Assembly: GCA_963796285.1 (NCBI GenBank)
Contig: CAWCKW010000011.1
Location: forward strand, 1-13,037
Reading direction: 5' to 3'
DNA length: 13,037 bases
Origin: Nitrospirota bacterium
GTDB taxonomy: Bacteria; Nitrospirota; UBA9217
Each line of letters opens with the position of its first letter. The first letter of the stretch is position 1. Positions 7,114 to 13,037 of the stretch are shown here, piece by piece. The notes beneath the pieces are model-generated. The model worked only from the letters and a program-made list of their open reading frames with translations, had not been told where the DNA came from and made no database searches. Position numbers and translations under genes: made by a program.

Positions 7114-7825
7114 ATGAACTGGCGTTTACTTGATTCTGGCCCCAATTTCGGCGCATACAACATGGCCGTTGATGAAGAACTGCTCGCGCGGGCACAGGCG
7201 GGCGAAACCCCACCTACACTCCGGTTCTACACCTGGCACCCGCCTACCGTTTCGATCGGCAGGTTCCAGAAGATCGGGACAGCAGTGGATGTCGAGGCCT
7301 GTCGCCAACGGGGCATCGACATCGTGAGGCGCATCACCGGCGGAAGGGCGGTCCTCCACGACCGGGAACTAACGTACAGCATCATCGCGCGCACGGACGA
7401 TCCCTTGTTTCCCACGAATGTCCACGGCACCTACAAGATCATCGCCGCCGGCCTTCTGCAGGGGCTCAGGAACCTCGGCATTCCCGCCGAGATGGTATCG
7501 CGTTCCAGCCGCCACGCCGCGCTCGTAAAAAAAGACTCAAAAGATCCCGCGTGCTTCTCCTCCCCTTCCTGGTACGAGATCCTCGTGCACAACAGAAAGA
7601 TCATCGGCAGCGCACAGCGCAGGCTGTCGGGCGCATTTCTCCAGCACGGTTCGATCCTCATTGGACTACGATCCCACGCTCGAGGCCGAGGTCATCCGCG
7701 GCGGCGGCAGTGGTGAGGTGGTCACTTCGATCAACCAGGAACTCGGCAGGGATGTTCCTCTTGCAGAAGTGAAGCAGGCGTTCATAAAAGGGTTTTCCGA
7801 AGCGCTGGGAATCGTCTTCACTTAA
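7114..7825 (+). pseudogene. lipM: LipM-like octanoyltransferase / lipoate-protein ligase family gene with a +1 frameshift near 7660-7664 (pseudogene or sequencing error)
   Basis: Motifs NMAVDEELL, PTLRFYTW, RRITGGRAVLH, ACFSSPSWYEI, RKIIGSAQRR and LQHGSIL. After ATTG the shifted frame continues DYDPTLEAEVIRGGGSGEVVTSINQELGRDVPLAEVKQAFIKGFSEALGIVFT to TAA at 7823-7825, giving 236 aa if repaired. Confidence 0.85.
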
Positions 7826-7857
7826 TTACATCACCGTTCAGGGAGGATTAATCTGAC

Positions 7858-8373
7858 ATGGTGTTACAGGCTCACAGCAGACATTTGAAGCACGGACGTT
7901 CCTTGATGGAAAAAGCAAATTACTTGATAATGATTTCTGCTGTTGCCCTCCTGGCCTGCGGTTCCACCTTTGCCGCCGAGCTCCATGACTTTACCAGCGA
8001 CGGCTGCAGTTTATTCCCGGACGGCAACATGAAAGACCGGGCGCTTTGGTGCGATTGCTGCCTGACCCATGATATCGCTTATTGGCAGGGGGGAACGAAG
8101 GAGGACCGCAAACACGCAGATGAAGTTCTGCGTGATTGCGTGCTCCAGAATACGGGCAGCAAGGCCCAGGCGGACATGATGTATAACGGTGTCCGAGCAG
8201 GCGGACATCCCGCGTTCCTCACGTGGTATCGCTGGGGATATGGCTGGAAATATGGTAAGGCATATGCTCCGCTCACGAAGCAGGAGAGACAGCAGGTCCG
8301 GGAGAAGCTGGACGCCTATTATAAAAAGCATCCTTCAGGTTACTGCCGGGAGGCACATGGAGATATGAAGTGA
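7858..8373 (+). CDS. Secreted Cys-rich protein, prokaryotic phospholipase A2-like
   Basis: GGGAGG Shine-Dalgarno upstream (alternative ATG at 7906) and a signal-like hydrophobic stretch. Motifs FTSDGCS, WCDCCLTHDIAYWQGG, ADEVLRDCV and MYNGVRAGG resemble the CCxxHDxxY active-site helix of secreted PLA2 folds. Confidence 0.7.
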   Translation: MVLQAHSRHLKHGRSLMEKANYLIMISAVALLACGSTFAAELHDFTSDGCSLFPDGNMKDRALWCDCCLTHDIAYWQGGTKEDRKHADEVLRDCVLQNTGSKAQADMMYNGVRAGGHPAFLTWYRWGYGWKYGKAYAPLTKQERQQVREKLDAYYKKHPSGYCREAHGDMK

Positions 8374-8428
8374 GAGAAGAAAGAACGCAAACCTGGATAC
8401 AAATCTGCACGTATGGCTGACTTGTTTC

Positions 8429-8521
8429 CCTCCGGGAATTTTCGCGCAATGAAAATATAAACGCCTTCTGTTCCAAAACCGCATTAAATTGCGAACGAAT
8501 GTCTTCCGGGATAAGCTGCAT
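8429..8521 (-). pseudogene. intI: Truncated 5' stub of a probable integron integrase
   Basis: A strong AAGGAG Shine-Dalgarno precedes ATG and MQLIPEDIRSQFNAVLEQKAFIFSLRENSRR. From recall, not a search, this resembles the N-terminal extension of long integron integrases in Desulfobacterota/Nitrospirota. It is divergent from an attI-like site and cassette, where intI would be expected. Confidence 0.55.
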
Positions 8522-8621
8522 GGTCTCCTTCTGGAATTAGCTAATACCGAATTTGCATATTAGTCAATTGCTCGAAGTTCAATTAAATCCGCAAGATACG
8601 TCAAGTTTTTTCTTAAATTCA

Positions 8622-8651
8622 TTGACTCACAAATCGGTTCCATGCTACTGT
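8622..8651 (+). promoter_or_regulatory. Putative cassette promoter (Pc-like)
   Basis: TTGACT (8622-8627)-N18-TACTGT (8646-8651) with a TGn extension, pointing into the attI-like site. Confidence 0.45.
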
Positions 8652-8660
8652 GTTCCGTAC

Positions 8661-8679
8661 CGCTAATTACTGGTTAGTC
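8661..8679 (+). mobile_element. attI-like simple site (L box, 5-bp spacer, R box)
   Basis: The sequence is CGCTAAT-tactg-GTTAGTC. GTTAGTC is complementary at 6 of 7 positions to the R'' box GACCAAC of the downstream attC, as expected for an integrated cassette. Confidence 0.65.
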
Positions 8680-8691
8680 ACAGGAATGAAG

Positions 8692-9096
8692 ATGCAAAAA
8701 GATATCATAATAATTATCGCTTCATTGCTGATCTCAATCTCCTTTCTTTTTTTGCTTCGTCCTAAAGTAAAAAATGATGAAACAGCACTTATATACAAGA
8801 TGGACTCGTCTTACCTAATAGTATTAACTGGAACTAGATATCTGATGGTACATGACCCAATCTCTGCTCTTTTAGGCAAGACATACAATGAGACATACAA
8901 AATAATAGTGCCGCGAATAAATGGCGTTGTGTCGGGATCTGAGATTCCCGTAGAAAAAGGATATTATCGTTACGAAGGGCAAATTGAATTTAGAGACAAC
9001 AAGATGAGCATAAATCTGTATGCCGACAACTACGAAGACAAAAAGAAAGACGCTCTTTCATGGAATGGTGAATATTCCTTTGTCTTAAACAAGTAA
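8692..9096 (+). CDS. Hypothetical membrane-anchored protein, integron gene cassette ORF
   Basis: Visibly AT-rich ORF (134 aa from ATG 8692; alternative ATG 8686) with AGGA upstream and an N-terminal hydrophobic helix IIIIIASLLISISFLFLL. It starts 12 nt after the GTTAGTC core and stops 1 nt before the attC. Confidence 0.8.
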   Translation: MQKDIIIIIASLLISISFLFLLRPKVKNDETALIYKMDSSYLIVLTGTRYLMVHDPISALLGKTYNETYKIIVPRINGVVSGSEIPVEKGYYRYEGQIEFRDNKMSINLYADNYEDKKKDALSWNGEYSFVLNK

Positions 9097-9097
9097 C

Positions 9098-9157
9098 GAC
9101 CAACCTGCGGGTCGAGACCGACGCGCAAACGACGCGCGTCTCACCCGCGCGTTACGA
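9098..9157 (+). mobile_element. Integron attC site (60 bp)
   Basis: The sequence is GACCAAC-ct-GCGGGT-c-GAGAC-c-G-a-CGCG-caaacga-CGCG-C-GTCTC-ACCCGC-gc-GTTACGA. It has AAC/GTT ends, a long stem and unpaired bases at 9113, 9119 and 9121 (G, G, T on the bottom strand). Confidence 0.88.
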
Positions 9158-9272
9158 GGCCATCAAGGGGGTTCGTAAATCGCTAAAAGGCTGAATCTCT
9201 CATTGCGCAATCCTTTTGATGTGCCGGGTTCATCCTTGGTTATTCGTTGTTTCGCAGCCCATCTGTTCTTCC

Positions 9273-9301
9273 TTTACATTCCTGTCGTGTTGTGATAAAA
9301 A
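9273..9301 (+). promoter_or_regulatory. Putative sigma70 promoter immediately upstream of the Omp85 gene
   Basis: TTTACA-N17-TAAAAA with a TGn extension, ending 6 nt before ATG 9308. Confidence 0.35.
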
Positions 9302-9307
9302 TTCTTC

Positions 9308-12058
9308 ATGAAATCATTGTGCTGGTTGGCCGGGTGGTTCCTGATGATCATGCTTATCTCCCCGGTCCATGCGTTAGCTGGTTCCTATTCCGGGATGACG
9401 ATAACCCGGATCGAGGTCAAGGACGACCGCGGCGAACCCTGGCCCATGCCCGGGCAAGTGCTGCCGCTCATCGTGGTGAAGCCGGGAGACATTCTAACCG
9501 GCTCTGCTGTCCGCGAAGGGATCGCAACGCTCTATCTGAAAGGGATCTTTAAAGACATCCGGGTCGAGGCCTTCCCCGACGATGGCGGCGTTCGGCTCGA
9601 ATATGTCGTAACGCCGATCACGATCGTGGACACGATTGCCATCCATGGCAATAGCGCCGTGTCCACAGGCACGATCCTGGATATGCTCGCCAGTATCCAG
9701 GGGAAGGAACTGCACGAAGAGAAGCTTGCCTCACTTAAGGCATCCCTCCTTGCCTATTACCAATCAGAAGGGTTTTATGACGCGTCCGTGGCCTTCCGAA
9801 GCGAACCCCTCAAAGAACCGAACCGTGTCGCCCTCCATGTAGATATCCGGGAGTCAATTCCGACCCTTCTGGCAGACATCACCTTTTCCGGCAATAGCGT
9901 GTTCAAGGACAAACAACTCCTCAGGGCCATGAAAAGCAAAAAAGGATCGCGACTGAAACGCGAGCTTCTTCTGGATACGGACAGGGAAGCTATCCTGAAA
10001 AAATATTTGAACGCGGGTTATCCGGTGGCGAAAGTCGGGCCGATCGACACGAGCTTCAGGGACTCTCGTGCATTCGTGCACATCCAGTGCGACGAGGGAC
10101 CGCGCGTCATTACCCGGTTCACCGGCAACCGCGAGTTCAGCGCCAAGACGCTTACGCAAAACCTGCTGATCTGGTCGGAGCATGACGTCTCGGACTCCGT
10201 CGTCGATAGCAGTGTTGATAAGATCAAGGCCCTGTACCGGGAAAAGGGTTATGCCGAGGTGGCAATAGATGTAATAAAAACAGAGCAACCGGGTCTGCTC
10301 GACCTGGAATTCAAAATCCAGGAAGGGCCGCGGGTGATGGTAAAAGAGATCTCGGTCCGGGGAAACACCGTATTCACTGCCAAGGACATCAAAAAGCAGA
10401 TGGCGCTGCGAGAACCCGGCTGGTTCACATCACATCCCTTTCGGGAAGACCTCCTGGACAAGGACGTCGAAAACCTCCGCAATCGGTACCTTGATACCGG
10501 CTATTTGTCCGTGGCCGTGAAGCAAAAAACCGTCATGAGCAGCGACAAAAGCTCGGCAGCAGTGATGATCGAGATCGTCGAAGGACCGCAGACCAGGACA
10601 GGCAGTATTACGTTTGAAGGGAACACCGCCTTCACCGTGGCAAAGCTGCTGGACACGGTAATCCTGAAACCGGGCACACCGTTCAACGAACGGCTTATAG
10701 ACGAGGACAAATACCGGATCCTGATGGCGTACTCAAACAAGGCATACCTCTATGCCAGGGTGGATGTGGAAAAAACCCCTCATGACGGGACCGTCGACGT
10801 CCACTACCGGATCACCGAGGACCGTCCTGTCTCGATCGGCAGGATCATCCTGCGGGGGAACGTGCGGACCAGTGACGAGGTGATCATGCGCGAACTGCTG
10901 GTGAAAGAGGGGGACCCTTACGACTACGGGGCCCTCCTCACGAGCCAGCAGCGGATCTACCATTTCGGCTATTTCCGGGTGGCCAGGTTCGATCCCGTTC
11001 ATCCCGGCGAAAAGGAATACATTACAGACATGCTGTTCACGGTCGAAGAAAGACCTGCGGGCGCCGTGGAGTTCAGCGTGGGCTACGGCAGCCTGGACCG
11101 GCTCCGGGGTTCCGTGGAGGTCTCGTACCGGAACCTCTGGGGCACGGCACGGTACGCGAGCCTTCGGTACGAGCAGAGCGACATCCTCAAGCGCGCGATC
11201 TTTAATTTTCAGCAACCCTGGATCCTGGGCCATAAACTCGAGAACAAGTTCAGCCTCGTGTGGTCTGATTCCGAGAAGCTGAACTCCGACACCCGCGAGA
11301 TCTATTATAAATCGCGCAAAACAGTTGCCTCCTTCGGAGTTGAAAAGACCTTCAAGAATCTGACGCCTTCCCTGACGTACCAGTTCGAGAATGTCGTCAA
11401 CTATGACGTGCTGCAGGCGGCTGAGCTCACCACTGAGGACAGCGGCCGCGTGCTGGTGAGCAGTCTGAGTCCTGCCCTGGTCTGGGACCTGCGCGACGAT
11501 GTATTCAACCCGAAGAGAGGGGCGCTCTACGGGATCATTCTGAAGGAGGCTTTGCGGGAGCTGTGGTCGCAGGCGGACTTCTCAAAACTCACCGTCCAGG
11601 GAAGCTGGTTCCTGCCGATCGATACCGCGGTGCTCGCTTTATCAGTACGTGCAGGAATGGCATGGCCCTTCCGCGATACAATCGAAGTCCCGCTCCACGA
11701 GCGGTTCTATGCGGGCGGCAGCACCACGGTGCGGGGCTTCACCCAGGACTCCATCGGCCCGAGCGGCGTCGATGCGAACGGGAACCTGATCCCGACGGGA
11801 GGATCGAGCATGATAGTACTGAATGTGGAACTCCGTCTGAATCCCGGAGAGGGATTCGGCGTCGTCCTCTTTTGCGATGCCGGTAATGTGTGGGTGTCAC
11901 AAGAGATCGACGTTGGAAACCTCCGTTCCGCGTGCGGCCCAGGGATCCGGTACGGCACACCCGTCGGCCCCCTGAGGATCGACTACGGACAGAAGACGCA
12001 CCGGCTTCCCGGGGAAAGTCCGGGAGAACTTCATTTCAATATCGGCAATACGTTCTGA
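9308..12058 (+). CDS. bamA: Omp85-family outer membrane protein assembly factor (BamA/TamA-like) with about 7 POTRA domains
   Basis: 916 aa with a signal peptide, repeated POTRA starts (I.F.GN ... Y...GY), a beta-barrel with YRNLWG, DLRDDVFNPKRG, FYAGGSTTVRGF and GIRYGTPVGPLRIDYG, and C-terminal FNIGNTF. Confidence 0.93.
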   Translation: MKSLCWLAGWFLMIMLISPVHALAGSYSGMTITRIEVKDDRGEPWPMPGQVLPLIVVKPGDILTGSAVREGIATLYLKGIFKDIRVEAFPDDGGVRLEYVVTPITIVDTIAIHGNSAVSTGTILDMLASIQGKELHEEKLASLKASLLAYYQSEGFYDASVAFRSEPLKEPNRVALHVDIRESIPTLLADITFSGNSVFKDKQLLRAMKSKKGSRLKRELLLDTDREAILKKYLNAGYPVAKVGPIDTSFRDSRAFVHIQCDEGPRVITRFTGNREFSAKTLTQNLLIWSEHDVSDSVVDSSVDKIKALYREKGYAEVAIDVIKTEQPGLLDLEFKIQEGPRVMVKEISVRGNTVFTAKDIKKQMALREPGWFTSHPFREDLLDKDVENLRNRYLDTGYLSVAVKQKTVMSSDKSSAAVMIEIVEGPQTRTGSITFEGNTAFTVAKLLDTVILKPGTPFNERLIDEDKYRILMAYSNKAYLYARVDVEKTPHDGTVDVHYRITEDRPVSIGRIILRGNVRTSDEVIMRELLVKEGDPYDYGALLTSQQRIYHFGYFRVARFDPVHPGEKEYITDMLFTVEERPAGAVEFSVGYGSLDRLRGSVEVSYRNLWGTARYASLRYEQSDILKRAIFNFQQPWILGHKLENKFSLVWSDSEKLNSDTREIYYKSRKTVASFGVEKTFKNLTPSLTYQFENVVNYDVLQAAELTTEDSGRVLVSSLSPALVWDLRDDVFNPKRGALYGIILKEALRELWSQADFSKLTVQGSWFLPIDTAVLALSVRAGMAWPFRDTIEVPLHERFYAGGSTTVRGFTQDSIGPSGVDANGNLIPTGGSSMIVLNVELRLNPGEGFGVVLFCDAGNVWVSQEIDVGNLRSACGPGIRYGTPVGPLRIDYGQKTHRLPGESPGELHFNIGNTF

Positions 12059-12175
12059 CAGGAGATTACGCAGTACAAAGTTCAAAAAATTCAGCGTGGC
12101 CCTCTTCTTGGCCATTGTGGGAACAACTGCCGTTCTGAGGGTTAAATCCATGAGATTTGTGGAATCGGAGATCAC

Positions 12176-12811
12176 ATGAGCAGAATGCTTCATTGGGGTA
12201 TACTGACAGCTCTCCTTGTCATCGTCCTCCTGTTCCCCTTCGCCCTTCAGGCGGAACTCGTGGACCGCATCGTTGCCACGGTCAATACCGACGTCATCAC
12301 CGCGAGCGAGCTCAGCGCTGCGGTAGCGCTCAACCAGCGGCTCGGCAAAGCCGATAAGGACCGGACAGCCCTGGAGGCAACAACCCTCGAGGGTCTTATC
12401 AACCGCAGGCTGCTCGTCCAGGAGGCACATCGGCTCAAGTTCGTTGAAGTATCGGAACAGGATATCGGCGCAGAGGTCGAAAATGTCGTGAAACGATTCG
12501 CTTCGGAAAAGGAATTCAGCGATTTTCTGGCGGGGCTGGACATGACCCGTCAGGAACTTTCCCGCATGCTCGGCGAGCAGCTTCTGGCCGAGCGGTTTGT
12601 GGAAAAGAAGGTCGGACTGTTTGTGCGGGTGAGTCGGGAAGAGGAAGAGAGTTATTTCAACGGGCATGCCGCGGAGTTCAAGGACAAGCGTTTCCCGGAT
12701 GTCCAGAAAATGATCCTCGCCCTTCTGACGGAACAAAAGATGGGGTTACAGCTTGCCCAGTATCTGGCGGAACTCCGCGGAAGAGCGGACATCAGGATCA
12801 GCGCTCGCTGA
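12176..12811 (+). CDS. SurA N-terminal-domain periplasmic chaperone lacking a PPIase domain
   Basis: Signal peptide then AELVDRIVATVNTDVITASEL, LEGLINRRLLVQEA and C-terminal YLAELRGRADIRI. GGAG Shine-Dalgarno. No parvulin motif is visible. Confidence 0.85.
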   Translation: MSRMLHWGILTALLVIVLLFPFALQAELVDRIVATVNTDVITASELSAAVALNQRLGKADKDRTALEATTLEGLINRRLLVQEAHRLKFVEVSEQDIGAEVENVVKRFASEKEFSDFLAGLDMTRQELSRMLGEQLLAERFVEKKVGLFVRVSREEEESYFNGHAAEFKDKRFPDVQKMILALLTEQKMGLQLAQYLAELRGRADIRISAR

Positions 12812-12817
12812 CTGGGT

Positions 12818-12854
12818 TGCGCTGGTACCGCGGCAGGCCACAGAGCGCATTTTT
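12818..12854 (+). terminator. Possible weak intrinsic terminator after the surA-like gene
   Basis: TGCGCT (12818-12823) / AGCGCA (12844-12849) stem with an imperfect interior, followed by TTTTT. Confidence 0.3.
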
Positions 12855-12867
12855 ACAGCACGATCGG

Positions 12868-12897
12868 TTGACATCACAACAATGATTGTGCTATGGT
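12868..12897 (+). promoter_or_regulatory. Putative sigma70 promoter with a palindromic spacer
   Basis: TTGACA (12868-12873)-N18-TATGGT (12892-12897) with a TGn extension. The spacer contains ACAAT-G-ATTGT. Confidence 0.6.
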
Positions 12898-12922
12898 AGA
12901 AACACCAAGAGAGGAGGAGGCA

Positions 12923-13037
12923 ATGACGTATAATCGATCATTGATCTATGTTCTCACCGCCATGCTGAGCATGGCCGCTGCACCGGCATTTCCTGCGGAG
13001 GAGGTCTTCGACACTGCAACAGCTTCAAGACACCTGG
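12923..13037 (+). CDS. Partial CDS (5' end) of a secreted protein, truncated by the window edge
   Basis: GAGGAGGAGG Shine-Dalgarno, then ATG and an open frame MTYNRSLIYVLTAMLSMAAAPAFPAEEVFDTATASRHL with signal-peptide character. Confidence 0.8.
   Translation, partial: MTYNRSLIYVLTAMLSMAAAPAFPAEEVFDTATASRHL

Noticed and set aside
6745-7163. Small ORFs 6745-6951 (+) and 6948-7163 (-)
   Set aside because: They run through the inverted repeat and promoter region, with no coding signal.
8636-8662. LexA/SOS box near the integrase promoter
   Set aside because: CTGT-N7-ACCG and GTTC-N11-GTTC do not fit the known box spacings.
11897-12736. 279-aa minus-strand ORF
   Set aside because: It is antisense to the bamA 3' end and the surA-like gene, with no family features.

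Overview
This window is mostly GC-rich housekeeping and envelope genes; the gene style suggests Nitrospirota or a deltaproteobacteria-like organism, which is inference only. The minus strand carries a TPR protein, recN, cysK, a NifS/IscS-type cysteine desulfurase, a second TPR protein and a YHS-domain protein. The plus strand carries a frameshifted LipM-like octanoyltransferase, a secreted PLA2-like protein, an AT-rich hypothetical gene, a 7-POTRA Omp85/BamA protein, a SurA-N-only chaperone and the start of a further secreted protein. Two layers of structure are not visible in the ORF track. (1) There is a decayed but nearly complete chromosomal integron at about 8430-9160: a roughly 31-codon stub resembling an integron-integrase N-terminus, a Pc-like promoter, an attI-like site, one cassette and a canonical 60-bp attC. 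A second, short attC lies on the minus strand at 649-696, just upstream of the YHS gene. (2) Four different inverted-repeat elements occupy successive gene junctions between about 3.0 and 7.0 kb, three of them built from 7-9-bp tandem units. All analysis was by eye with no database searches.
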